From: Podarcis liolepis
Taxonomy: Eukaryota
Length of the DNA: 64,000 nucleotides
Direction: 5' to 3' (one strand)
Assembly: GCA_965112155.1 (NCBI GenBank)
Contig: OZ218108.1
In this document: positions 38,551 through 52,372 of the stretch, one piece after another
Layout of the letters: every line of letters begins with the position of its first letter
Position numbering within the stretch: position 1 is the stretch's first letter
Position numbers and translations under genes: made by a program
Notes under the pieces: model-generated
The model's input: only the letters and a program-made list of their open reading frames with translations
Told to the model about the DNA's origin: nothing
The model's database searches: none

Positions 38551-41079
38551 ACTTAGTCTCTTGGAGGGCCACATAGAACAGAAACTCCCTTGGTAGTTTA
38601 TAGACCAGGAAGTTCCCGGACTTTGAAAACTACAGACAGAAGCTTCCTCAAGGCCCTTGGGCATATACTGGCCATGTGTTTGAATAGGCAGTGCCATTGG
38701 GGGGGTGCACGGATGTCTCTCCCCCACCCCCCAGAGAAACAGCTTATCCTCCACCCGTCCCTCTCATTGCTGGAACCTCGTGGTTACTCTAAAGAAAGGC
38801 AGTTTTCAAATGCTCCCCCCTTCCATGCTCTTTGCACCTTCTTTCCCATGCTTGTCAGAGTCTGAGTGGGTACACAGGGGAATAAAGACCCTGGAAGTTT
38901 CCTGCCCGTGGTGGCCAGGTCTCATGCATCTGTTACTGTGTGCAGTCCAGTTTCTGGCATATCACTAAAAAGGCTGGAGACAAGGCCCTGGGAGGAGAAA
39001 GCTAAAACTTGGATCCTGTGTGAAGCAGCAGGCGAATGTGACTGCCTCTCCTTACGGAACAAGAGTTGCTGTGTGCCCAGGCTTTTCTTTGAGGGCTGGG
39101 CGATCCGACTGCCTCTTTCGGCCGGCCTGTATGTCCATGGAGAAGAGGTCATCTTGAGTGCCCCACCAAGGCCCTGTGAGAAAGCAGCAATGTGACCCCT
39201 TTGCCAAGGGCACACAGACTTGTGTGGAGAAGGGATGGGGCAGCAGCTCCGTGGCAGAGCATGCAGTGACCCCCCCTTCAGTCCCCAGCATCTGTAGTCC
39301 AACCACAACTGGGGGCCCAAGGTTTTTTTTTATTATTATTATTGAAGGGTCTTCATAGAGAACAAAGGTATAAACGTCTCCATTCTCAGTTCATAGTCAG
39401 TTGCATTCGGTGTGAGACACTGCTGTCATAGAAATTGTGAGGTTGGGGGGGTGGCGAATTGGGGAGAGAGAGCAGGGGAAGAAGGGAGGGTAATGATTTT
39501 CCGTTCTTTTGCTTAACGTACTTGTAGGGTTTTTGTGTAAGCATCACTAGGATAGGTTATTTGTCCGGTTACATAGGCAGGGCTGTGTGCATGCGCAGAA
39601 TCTGGATGCCGAATGCATAAGTTGGCATTGGGAGCGCATCAGTTTCATGCCCAGCTACCCGTGATCCGGTCACCTCCAGTTTGGATTGCTGCAGCAGGTT
39701 GAAGGACAGGGCTGCGTTTGGAAATGGTGTGGGAACTCCTCTCAGGTGGAAGGGACGGAGTGATTTTTATCATATTGCACCAGTGCTGCTTCATGTGTAG
39801 GGACCCAAGGCTGAACGCTAGCAGATGAACCGCTGGTCCGACTCAGTGCCAGAAGGCAGCGCCCTCTTCTCCTAAGTAAGAGGCCTTCTCCAGCAGAGAC
39901 ATGTTACATCCCTGGGCCCAAGCTGCTTCAGTTGAGCTCTTCCCCTCCGCTTTGGCCATCTGGGCGCACGTTGCACGCCAAGGACCTCAAGGTTACGATG
40001 TGTCTTTAATCTTGTTTATGTCTCTCCTCCTCCAGGCCCAGGACAGCGGCAGTGGCGCTGGCCGGGGCGATCGCTTGTGGTTATATAATGAGCTCACTGT
40101 CTGAGGGCGGGGAAGGGCGGGTGCGGGGGTGGGAGAGAGGGGGATTTCTTGGCCACGTCACGGCCCTCGCCTCCCCGCCCCCCGCAGGTGGCCGCAGCCT
40201 GTGCGCAGCGAGCTGCAGGAGGCTCCACGTGCGCGCCGCCCGAGCCGACTTGCAAAAGGGTAGGGGGGCGCAGGCAATACAAGCCTTGCGCTCCCTCCCA
40301 TGCCGAGTTCTCTGTCTCTCCCCCCCCCCCACCCTGCCGCCTTTCGCCCCAACCCAGAACTGCAAACGGGGGCAAAACACTTCCCGCTGCACCAAACGCA
40401 CAAAAACTCCGGCGGCGGCGGCGGCAGTTCAAAGGCAGGAGCGCCCAAGGCGCGCTCTCCTCCCCTTCCTAGCAGAACTTATAAAAAGAGGGAAAGGGGG
40501 GTTTGCTTAAGAGCCTCGAAGACTGCTCTCCGCAGGGGGAGGGAAGGAGGAGGCTCGTGAAAGAAACGGGCTTCCCCGAGAGTCGAAAGCAGCCGCCGCA
40601 AGCCTGGCTTCCCCCCGCCCCCTTCCCGCTTGCGCTGTGCAAAGAGAGAAGTTGAGCAAACAGGAAACGCGGCGGCGGCGGCGGCCGCGCACCCGGCAGC
40701 CTCCGCCACCGCTCTGATTCACTGGGGCTTGCAGCTTTCCCGAAGAGGGCGGGGTGGCGAGGAGGTGTTGCCCGCCCTCTTCCAGCCCCGGGGAAGGAAA
40801 GCGCCGGGCTGCGTGTCGCCCAAAGTCTCTGGCTCGCGGGAGAAAGAGCAGCAGCCCCAGCCAGAGAGACGCGGCTCCGTGCGCCCGCCTCCGCCCTGCG
40901 CTCCGCGAGCTGAGAGGCTGCGCCGCGTCCCTCTCCTTCTCCGAGGACTCCGCGCCGCGCCTCCTGCTCCTTTTCCCCGCTCAGTCGCCACCAGCGCGCG
41001 CGCCCTGCGGAGCTCTCCCGCCAGGGAAGAGAGAGAGAGAAAGAAAAAGAGAAAAGTGCCTTTTGCCCGGACTGGCTAA

Positions 41080-41802
<723 letters not shown>

Positions 41803-44470
41803 TAAATGCCTTCTTTGCTGTGGAGGAAGCTAGTAGCTTGTAGGCATTCATGTTTGCAAACTTAAAAGGTGCATGGAGCACAGTGTTACTGCAATATATC
41901 TCAGTGTGTTATCTAACTTAGGTGAATCGGATCTAAATGCAAGCCTCCTTCAGGCTTCTACTCGGTAGTAGTTCTTGGTAAACTCTGTGGGACTTTTGGG
42001 GGTCAAACTTAAAAGTTGGATTCTTGCATTCTCTGTTTATCAGCATCACTCCATCCTATGCATGCTTACTCTGGAACTTAAGTTCAATAAAGACTTACTT
42101 TTTGGTGAGCCAGCAGAGAACTGCAAAACTTTGCAGGGGTTTAAAATAATTGTTTAAGATCCCTTTTTTTATAAAATCGTATCTACGAATGAATCAGATG
42201 GCAGAATTGAAAAGTCCTGCATACATTTGAGATGGGCAGGTCCATCATTTTGACCTTTGCAGTTGTATAATAAAGTTGGAGAGGGGGGAGCAAAACTGGC
42301 CTGGCTGGGGGTGGGCGGATCAAAAGAGGTGGTGTAGTTTGGGTTTCAAAGCTTCACATGCCATTTAAAGGTTGTGCGTAATCACTGATCAGTGTGCTGC
42401 CATTTTAAAACAGGATGAGGTAAGATGCACACACAACATTTACGTACGGCACTTTGCTGTAAATGTCAACCACTAAAGGTAGTAGGAGATGTGGTTACAA
42501 CTTGTTGTAAATACCAAGGAACAGAGAAAAGCAAGCAAAGCCATGTGCATGGTGGAAACAGATTCGTTTTACACTTTTTGGTGTAAGTGATTCTTGTGCA
42601 TACTGACCGAAAGCAATCAATTCCATTGATTTTCACTGGAGCATATTTTTGAGAAAACATGATTAGGTTTGAGAAACAAGTTTTCATTGTGGCACTAAAA
42701 TCACCAAGAATGCTGACACACACCTTGCTCATTCAACAGAAAAAGTTCCCCACTTTCTTTTTAGGCTCTCGGTGAAGCTGCTCACCGGGTGACCTTGGGC
42801 CCCTCACTGTCTCTCAGCCTAACCTACCTCATGGAGTTGTTGTGAGGAAGAGAGCCATGATCTTTTTGGAGGAATGGTGCAGTATAAATGCAATGGCAAA
42901 TCTAATATCACTTCTGACTGCAGACTTGATCTACACAGGCAGGGGAAAGAGGGAGGGAAGCCTCTGACTCTTGCAAGCTCCTTGAGCTTTTGATTGTGCA
43001 ATGTAACACATGGATACAGGAGTCACAAGTTTGTGGATTCTTTCCCATGCTTTCCTATGCTTGAGATACCATTTATGCTCCTGCAATAAAAGTGTCACAT
43101 ACTGTTTATGCTGTTAACATGTCTCTATCTAATATGTGTGGATGTTTTCTGTGGCTCTTGGCATTCGACTGCTATGAACCCAGATTTGATTCTTGCAATC
43201 AAACTTGAGGATTTGATCCTGCACCTTCATAGACATGTGCCAGGCAGGGCATCTTAGCACATTGTGCAATAGCGGTCGCTGGTTTGCCACCAAATGTATA
43301 TTCAAAAGAGAGATGCAGCCGGGAAGGTTCCTTGGTGAATATCACACACATTAGCAAGCAGATATTTATTCACTGATTTTGAACAAGGCTTGCTGCATAG
43401 AATTAAAAAATTGCATGTGGATTTTAATTATTGGTGAAAGCAAAAAAGCAAATGTTTCAAGTAAAATTCAGTCTCATTTGCAAGCAGTGCAATGGGTTTT
43501 CTGAATTGTTTATTTGGGCAACAGCTTGTTTCCTATATCAGTATGTGGCTGTTTTTCATATTAGGGTTATGTTTAACTGACAGTAATAATAGTAAGTGAT
43601 ATTTTCATGCTCATAGAAGATAGGTTTGTTTTCAGTATAAAAAAGGTACACTATAAACATTACAGTAGTTTATTTCCTTGCAAACATTGCTTAGCAATGG
43701 TGTTGCTGCCTACCTTGTAGTTAGCTTGTAGAGATTTGTTGTTGTTTTTTTAAAAAAATTAGATAGGCATTTGCAAAGGAGTTGTTGTATTTTGGATGTG
43801 TTCAGTAGTAGAAACTCCAAATACGGTGGGTAAAGAAGCATTTCATAAGAAATCTGCTCCTCCCATTGTTTCAGAAAATGGATCATACAGCCAAGGTTTC
43901 CTGCATGAGATGTACAATAAGTTGGGTTGCTATAGCCACTCTGAAGGTCAGCCTGAATGATGGCATTCCTTACATCAGCACTGAAAATTTATAATGCAGG
44001 CGCACAATTACTTGGTTTTATTTTGTCCATAAAATGGGAAATGTGGGTGTTTTAGGCTGCAATCCCACCTGGGAGCACATCTGACAGAACTCTTAAGAGG
44101 CTTACGTCTGAGTACGTATGTATAGGATTGCACTGCTCATTTCTTTCCTGCCAATTAAACACTATGTGCCAATATCCCAAGCCACACTAACTAGCGCATT
44201 TCTATGCATATACACTTATATGCATATACTTATTCAGGAATAAGTCCCACCATGTAGGTGTTTTGGTTTTTTTAGATTGCAGCCCAAGCGTCAGTGTTAG
44301 CTCAATAAACCCCTATTACCAAGGGCTACTTTTTATTTGCACACCACAAAAGGAAGTTCTTGGCCACCACCAGCACCAATTCTTTTAGGCTTTTAGTCCT
44401 CTACAAGTCTGTTTTCTAGAGACCCATGACTTACACTGCTTTGTACAGGAGAAATTGGCTCTAAAAAGCA

Positions 44471-44472
<2 letters not shown>

Positions 44473-44510
<38 letters not shown>
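44473..44510. repeat. (GT)n microsatellite; an inverted (CA)n lies at 44745-44777
   Basis: Direct read. Confidence 0.95.
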
Positions 44511-44511
<1 letters not shown>

Positions 44512-44741
44512 TGTCTGTCCCTTGCACAGTTCATTTCCCTTTGTTGAGAAGGCAGTGTTGGCACAGGGTCTCTTTGCATGGTATCTTTGGTTGAAGGTGC
44601 CCGCCATTCGAAATAATCCTAAGTAGGTTTTATGCGTTGATAGGAGATACTGCTGTTTAGGGCTTAGTCACACTGTGTGCTTTAGTTCATGGACAGATGT
44701 GGGTGCATGTGGATGTGGGTGCATGCATAAGTCAGGTATCT

Positions 44742-44778
<37 letters not shown>

Positions 44779-47446
44779 CATCAAAAATACTCAAGTGCTT
44801 TAGACTTCTAAAAAACAGCCACGTAAATAGATGCAGTTCATATTTGGGTAGCCAGGGATAATTTTTTTTTGCGAAAGGCTGCCCTTTTAAGCAACTTTTT
44901 CTCAGGGCATAAAGATTTCAGTGGCAAGGATTTCACAGTGGCCAGACAGGCAAGAGGAGTTTTTCCAATGTGGAGGGGGCAGCAATCTATTGCGGTCCAT
45001 TACATGAAATATATTTCTGCATCACACCCAACTTTTTAAGCTGCATGCAGAGATCTCAAAAAGAGTGTGGAGAATGCGCCACAGTGCCTGCTCCCCCTTA
45101 AATACGTTGCAGCCAGCCCTGCCTAGTTATTCCATAATGCTAGCTTGAGAATTTATTAGGGTGGAGATCTTAAGCATTTAATAGATCACATATGTGATGC
45201 GCAGAGAAATAGGAGGATGCCACCGGATGCGCTGGCAAAGTCATAATGTGTTTGCAGTATGTTTGCATATTTCAAAAAGTAAAAACCAGAACACCCTCAG
45301 CTTTTTCAAAAGTTGAGCTTTTTTAAACTAAAAAAACAAACAAACATGGTTTCTCGATTGATGTATGTAAGCTCTGCATTTATATTTACATGCATCACAT
45401 AAATATAAGCATACAAAATACAGACAAACATACGCGCATGGCTAACTAAGCATGGAAAATTGCACTGTGGCTTGCAAAGAACGCACTGCATTTACTGCTG
45501 GGGAGAGTAAACATTGTAGAAAGAAGGTTGCTGTCCTCCAGCACAGGATTCCTTTAAATCTTTCAGCTGTATGAATTGTCACCTTGGGTATTATCGACAT
45601 ACACAAACAATAGCAAGGGGTAACAGTAACGTCGTATTTTTTGGCTGCTCGCGGAACGAAAGACACAAATAAGCAACACCTTTGAGATCTTTGAATAAAA
45701 GCAGAAGCGAAAAACTCTCCCTTGCAAATTACTCTTTTTGTAGGCATACTTCCAAATTTGGCTTTTTCACAAAGGGGTGCTGCCCAGCAGGCCATCCCTG
45801 TTAGGCTGTGTTGATCTTGCTGGCTATAGCTGCTGCTGCTGTCAAGGTCATCGTCCAAATACTAAAGTTAAAAATTACTATCTATATGTGCCAGTACAAA
45901 CACACCCTCCCTAGACCACCAGGTGGTTTCACTGGTAGGGCTGTTTAGCAGAGTTGTAACCATAGGAGGGTCACATCACTGGCCCCAAAGAGCAGCACTG
46001 TACATGCCCATGAATGTTACTGGGAGAGATGTGATGAGGGGCAGGGGAAGGTGTTGCACCTGCCTACATCTGTCTAGGATTGTGCTCTTAATCTCATTTT
46101 TTGGAAGAATCTCACTCCAGATCAGAAAGAAATAGGAGTTCCCCCTTCTGCACACAGCCAGCCAGCCAGACACACACACACACACACACACACCCTGAAA
46201 AGCTACAGCTGCCGCCAAATTGCTGTGTTGCACCCGTAGGGCAAATTGAAGATTCTGGAGTAGAATTGCAAATATAAATGAGAAAGAAGGAATAGCAACC
46301 AGGCTCCCCATGCCAGATAATATATACAGTCGTGAGTCAGTGGGTCTGAATTAAATAGTGGCGTTGAGGGAATTTCCTCTTTCCAGTAAGGTGGAACTTG
46401 CTTCCACTACAGTTTTAGAAGGTGAGGCATAAGAGGATCCTCCACATTTTTGCAAGAGATGACTGGGAAGATTGTTCTCATCACAAGGAGAGTTTCCTCC
46501 CCACCTTCCACCAGCTGCTGCTAGGAGAGCCTGATGGGGGAAGAGTCTCCATGCAATGTGTCCTGTTACTGGGACCCATAATTTCAAATTATTTCTGTTG
46601 CTTGCAGTAGCAGTCATGCAGATGTGTTTTCAAACATTTTATGCATGGGTTGCAATATGTATACCAGCCCTTTGTACAAGCTTTAACATAGCAGCACGAT
46701 TTCACCAGTGTTTTAAACTCCTATCACAATGTTAGATTAGAGCAACCTGTTTCCAATTAGAGAGGAAGGATAATGCTGTCACATCCAATTTAAAAGGATT
46801 TACTTATTGGCCAGTCTTGCATTTCCATCATTACAAATAATAAAACAGTGAAACAGGAATTGACTGATCTAGCAAATTCTTTCAAAGAAGACAGGTGACC
46901 TGTTGATAATTTTAACGTCAAAAAGCTGATAATGGGGTCCCAAAACATCTGCAGCTCATTATATGACTGCATTTTTATATAATGTCTGGCTGTGTGATGA
47001 CTTTTGGCTAACTGATTTCATAGTTTAGTTGGATTTAGGTGTTTCCTTGTCTTCCTGGGGTGGGGTGGGGAGTCTGATGAACCCTTAACTTTGGGATATA
47101 TTTGCTAATTAAACATAATTTTTCTGATTACCATAAAAGTTCTCTGGCCACTGGTCCATCCAGCCAAGTATGGCCTACTCTGGGTTTGTAGTGGCTGCGT
47201 AGGATCTTGGGCAGAAATCTTTTTTTAATTACCTGCTGCCTGATCCTGAGTTCTTCATTCACAGCATGTTCTCTGTTTTGGTCACTTCTCACTTTTTCAA
47301 ACACTCTCTTTGATAAACACCAGCTAATCTTGTGTTGTATATTCAATTTTTTGTAAGTGCCCATGAGCTTTAGAACAAGTGGCTTCTATCCAGCAGAGCA
47401 CTAAGTAAACATCCTGTGGGTGCAAGGAATCCCACCTGCACAATAG

Positions 47447-47449
<3 letters not shown>

Positions 47450-47492
<43 letters not shown>
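47450..47492. repeat. Compound (TC)n(AC)n microsatellite
   Basis: Direct read. Confidence 0.9.
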
Positions 47493-49100
47493 CATCTACT
47501 CCGGGGCGGGGGGGGGGGCAGGACTACACTCTAGAACAGAATTAGGGAGCATATTTGAGGGGTAGGAGTCCAATTGCTCAAGCAGGAATCCTTCCAGTAA
47601 AGCCAAAGTTTGCATTTAAGGTGTATTTTGAGAAATGCCGTCTTAGTAGATTAGAAAGCAGTTGTGAGGTATTTGGACTATAAATAGAAGTCAATGAGTA
47701 CCGGTAGTTGCAAATAGAATGGTGAAAGGCATTGCTTTGGTTTTGTTCCTTAGTTATGGCCAGTTAGAAATTAGGAAACCTCCTTTTCCTCATGGTATTT
47801 TTTCCCACCTTCCCGAAGCATTGAGTTACACAGAGAGCCACTGAGAATATTGGAGGCTTGTGTTAGGCAGACTCAGTATTCTCACTTGGGGATTCAGATC
47901 CCAGAGATGTCCCTGTGCCCTGCTTATAATTCTCACCTTAGGAGAGGATGTCATTTTGACTTCTTCCATTCAGACGTGCAAATCTCCAAGCAAGGCTAAC
48001 GTTGCTTTTGGAGGGCCTCGGCGCATAGCTTTGGCTTAATCATATGACTCTCACTTGATCGCAAGAGCTGGAACAGGAAAGTAACTTCTTCCAGATGAGG
48101 TTGGATTATGACCCTGGAGCAGTCTCTGCCCCCTTCTTTTAAGCAATTTCGCTCATTCACGTGAGCAATTTAGACAGCTTTCCTAGACTGCTTTCTTGAA
48201 TTGTTCAGGCTTCCCTAGTGCAAACCGCATCTTGTTGGCTGGCTGCTTTTGGTATGGTCTGTAAGGGTGAATGGCACGGGTTAATTGGATGTGGATGTGG
48301 GCTGGTTCATGGGCAATCAGAGCAGAATGTGATCGGGTCTCAGGCCGCATTCGGACCCTGTGCAATGTTGCCTTGAAGGCTGTGAAATAACCATGGCTTG
48401 CAGGAAGGAATGAAACAGCGTGGTGAAATATTTCTTCATGTGTGTTCAAATGATTGTATTTAGCATATTAATTAAGTAGTAGCTTTCTCTGTGTTGCGCA
48501 TCACCTTCCCTTGATGCTGCTGCCATGAGATAGAAGAGTATTGAGTCTTTGTTCTGCAATGGAGAAGGAGTGCCTCCTGTTTGGACTGTACTAGCTCTAG
48601 GTTGTGCTTCCCTACACTCAGGTAGCCATGGAGATGGACGTGGGTGGGATGGGCAGACATCACTCTCCCTTGTATGAAAAGATTTGAAAGGAGCAAGGAC
48701 AAAGCGTGAAAAGCAACTTGCTGAAGAGTTTACCCCGTGTAAAAAGCTTTGTTTTCTCTTTCAATGACTTTCCACACAACTTCCGCAGAACCTCACAAAG
48801 GGGAAGGGAATCTTGACCACTTTTCTTGAAAAAAGCATATGAAGAAGGAGGCTGGCAGAGAAAGGCAAAAGTGTAATTTCTGGGAAAGTCCTGCCAGGGG
48901 AGCAGGTTGCACTTGCAAATATAAACAAATATGCCCGTGGTGGTTCAGATGGGGGAGTCTCTCTGTAGATGTGAGCCAGACAGGCCCCAATGCCATTTGG
49001 AGTGTAACTCTGCAAGTTGGTAGGAGTTATCTATTGTTTGTGACTACTTTTGTTATGTTGTGGTTTATGTGTTTTTTTCATGTTGTAAGCCACCTTGGCA

Positions 49101-49360
49101 GGGATGCGGGTGGCACTGTGGGCCTAGGGCTTGCTGATCAGAAGGTTGGTGGTTTGAATCCCTGCAACAGGGCGAGCTCCCATTGCTCGGTCCCTGCTCC
49201 TGCTAACATAGCAGTTTGAAAGCACGTCAAAGTGCAAGTAGATAACTAGGTACTTCTCTGGCGGGAAGGTAAATGGCGTTTCCATGCACTGCGCTGGTTC
49301 GCCAGAAGCGGCTTAGTCATGCTGGCCACATGACCTGGAAGTTGTAAACCGGCTCCCTCA
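49101..49360 (+). mobile_element. Sauria SINE, 3'-truncated
   Basis: Matches the 11705 copy up to ggctccctc, with a short deletion in the head. Confidence 0.85.
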
Positions 49361-51899
49361 GTCTCCAAAGCCATCTTCGACATAACATCTTCCAGTCAAG
49401 CAGTGGTCCAGTTTTGCCTGTTTCTTTATTTTGGGCACCTCTAGGATCCACTGTTTTCACCTCTCTGCTTCTAAAATACTGTATGGTCTGATAATGTCAT
49501 ATATACTACTGTAACTTTCCTTCCTTGCCATGTTACTTTTCTGCAGCTGATTTGCCAGGTCATCTTTCCCCCAGTAAGCACTTAGTTTCTAAAATACCCA
49601 GGCTCAAGTCTCCCCACTACACACACAGTTTGTTTGTGGGTTTGTATCTGGTTGTGGGTGATGATGGTTTATGATTGTTGAAGGCCAGACACTTTCTATA
49701 TGTGCTGAGATATCTTACAGACATAATTAAAGGACACATTCTAGGTAAAGACCGTGGTTGATGGGCTGCTTCTTGGAATCCGCTTCAGTGAGCGTATGCC
49801 ATGACAACTGTGATAAAAGTATGTGGGAGAGAAATCAAGGGGGAAATGGCTTTCCTGGACATTCATAATCCATCCATGCCTGCTTCAGCCCTGACTTTTC
49901 AGTTAGCCCTGCCTTATTCTTTCTCTCCATCACCACATCCCATCCAAGTTTTGTCGTTCCCATATATCCTTGCAGTTACTTCTACACCTATTGTGCTTTT
50001 GCTTCTGATTAAATGTGGAGTAGCAGCAGTAAGTGGCCAAGGACATGCCCCATATATATATATTTTTTAGATGATTGTTAAAGAGTTGCTAGAAAAAAAT
50101 CAGCTGAAATTTCAGCCCTACCTCATCCTTCCTAAGGACCATTGGTACTATTTGTTTTGTACTTTCCTTATTACTTTGCAGTAGCTCTAAGTTAGGGGTG
50201 GGGGACCTATACGTGCCAGGTGACTGATGGGAGTCCAACAACATCTGGAGAACCACAGGTTCTGCCTTGCAGGGGGTTGGACTAGATGACCCTTAGGGTC
50301 CCTTCAAGCTCTACAATTCTATGATTCTGTAGGTTCTCCATCTCTGCTCTTCATTATATTCTTTCTTTTTCTTTTCCTTTTCCTTTTTCATCCAGATAAG
50401 TTTTATCTTCTCCAAGAGGTATATAGGTTTGGTGAGGTGTTTTTGCACATTCATGTGGCATTGCCACAAAACTCCCCTGATGATCATGAACTCTCTGCCA
50501 AATAGCTATGTGAGGAAAACATTTGTAACACTGGAGACACAATTCTGTGTGTGTTCCTCCATTTTAATAATTAAAGCAAGATTCTTGGGATTCAGGTGCC
50601 ATGCCTACCCCTAGCTAAAATGTTCTGTCTTCCTGAGAAATTGGAAAATAAAAAGTGGGACCTTTTTCTTTTTGACTGCTCAAAGATTAGATCAAGGAAT
50701 CCTATTTTGTTTTATAGTGTTTTCCTATCTTGCAGAACCCAATCTTTCATTTGTGGCAGCCTTTAAAATATAATGTAAGGCCATTACTAAATATCAACAC
50801 AAACTTTCTTTTGTTGTTAGTCAGCCGTTGTACAATAGTTGTACAAATCAAATTCTTTATAGGGTTCTATTCAAGCTTCAAAAAACCATGAAAAGAAGGC
50901 TTTTATTTTGAATTGCACTTTCCCAATCACTCTTATCAGGGTGCTGACAGGTCTTGCAGACGTCTGCTGATTCTGTGGTTGCTCAATAATTGCAAGCATT
51001 GGGCATTCTCATGGATTTCAAAATGGTCAGTGATGAAACAGCCTCTGCTCCTGCTAAGGATTTACATAGCAGGAGCTGTCTGGAAACTGGAAAGGCCATT
51101 ATTTGTGTTATCTCCAAATTTATAGTGAATGAGCCCAGATTTGTCAGTATGAGCTAAGCCTTGTCTCATCCAAGCAAGTGAGGTCATTTGGCAAGGTGAC
51201 TCGACTAAGTGGATGTTGTGTTAGTTGGACTGGCAGTGGTGGCAGATGGGAGCTCTGAGATTTGCCATGTCTTCCTTCTGGGTTTTGTCTCTCTCGTCCC
51301 TGAGGGCAGTCTCCCATCAGGTCCACTGGAGAAGCAAAACAGACTATCTCCTGCAGCTGTGGGGGGAAAAGGAGGTTCACTTCTAAAGTTGAAAAGTGAG
51401 AGTCACAAAGGAATGAGTAATAGTTTTGCAAACCACGCAGTAGTGCTGAGACTTGGGGACCCAGCTGCTGTCGTCAGCTTGATTTTCCACAGAAGCTGGG
51501 ATGGCAACAAATGACAGTGCTAAATTTCCAGAGGTCAATTTGCCTTGTTCCTTAAAACGGTCCACTGCCAGGATTTCCCAATCACTAGTAGCAGCAGTGT
51601 GACTGTATTTAAACTTCACCCACCCACCCACACCGCTAGTAACTGCAAGACAGTATCTGGCAAAAAGCAGGCTCTGTGATTTGTATGCTGCTTAACCATG
51701 ATTGAAATTGCCCGTTCTATGCAGAGTTGCAGAGAGCATGCTCAGATTCCTCAGCATCTCTGTCCTCTGCTGCATGCTGATCACCTCAGTGGCTGCCGCG
51801 GGCTCTCATTACTGGCAAATAGCATGCTGTGCTGATGCAGGCACCATAATAGGAAGCACCTAGGCCTGTCATAAACAAACAGGTCTGGGGGAAAAAAAG

Positions 51900-51960
51900 T
51901 GCAGGTCTGACGTATGGCGTGTCCATAGCAACGAGGAGAGATGAGGTTGCCATTTTGGAG
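51900..51960 (+). promoter_or_regulatory. Candidate promoter motif cluster upstream of the 52307 exon
   Basis: TGACGTA (CRE/ATF-like) 51908-51914, RFX X-box GTGTCCATAGCAAC 51919-51932 and YY1-like GCCATTTT 51949-51956 within 50 bp of unique sequence. Confidence 0.45.
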
Positions 51961-52306
51961 TATATGCAGGCTAGTATAGCTCTCTACAAGAAGCCAGAAA
52001 GTACCTGACAGGATTCAAAAGCTGTCTCTATGTGTACATCTGGGGTTTTGTGAGGGATGCTGTTTGCAGGAAGCCGCTTGCAATGCCAGCAGCTTGAAAT
52101 ACAAACTTTTAGGGCATTTTAGAGCTTTATTTGAACTGTTTGGGGGTTTTTTTTTTTCCCTCCCTCCAAGTGTAATAGAAAGTTTTGTTGGAGAATGCTA
52201 GTGCTTTTACTCCTAAGAAATGTTGATCTGACTACTCAAGGCAGCCTGCGTACATCGTTGGGTGCTTAGCCATTTAAACTGAGAGGATACAAATTTTACG
52301 AGTAAG

Positions 52307-52372
52307 ATGACTGTGAGTTCCTTACATTATGAAGTATGGCCAAAGTTTTTTGCACCTGAATTTTGGATCCAG
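52307..52372 (+). CDS. Candidate alternative first coding exon of a super-short PDE4D isoform (MTVSSLHYEVWPKFFAPEFWIQ), PDE4A1-leader-like
   Basis: ATG in aagATGa context, in-frame upstream TGA at 52280-52282, 22 open codons, near-consensus donor CAG|gtaaga in phase 0 (the phase needed to join the FKRML exon). Same length as the PDE4A1 leader. Confidence 0.55.

Noticed and set aside
1-41000. Upstream PDE4D long-form exons (UCR1: FDVDNG..., HGDDLIVTPFAQ, VLASLR..., RSPMCNQ...)
   Set aside because: Looked for by eye and not found; they probably lie upstream of the window, though a tiny exon could be missed without alignment.
47678-47687. Perfect MEF2 site CTATAAATAG
   Set aside because: An isolated AT-rich 10-mer that is plausible by chance in 64 kb, with no supporting context.
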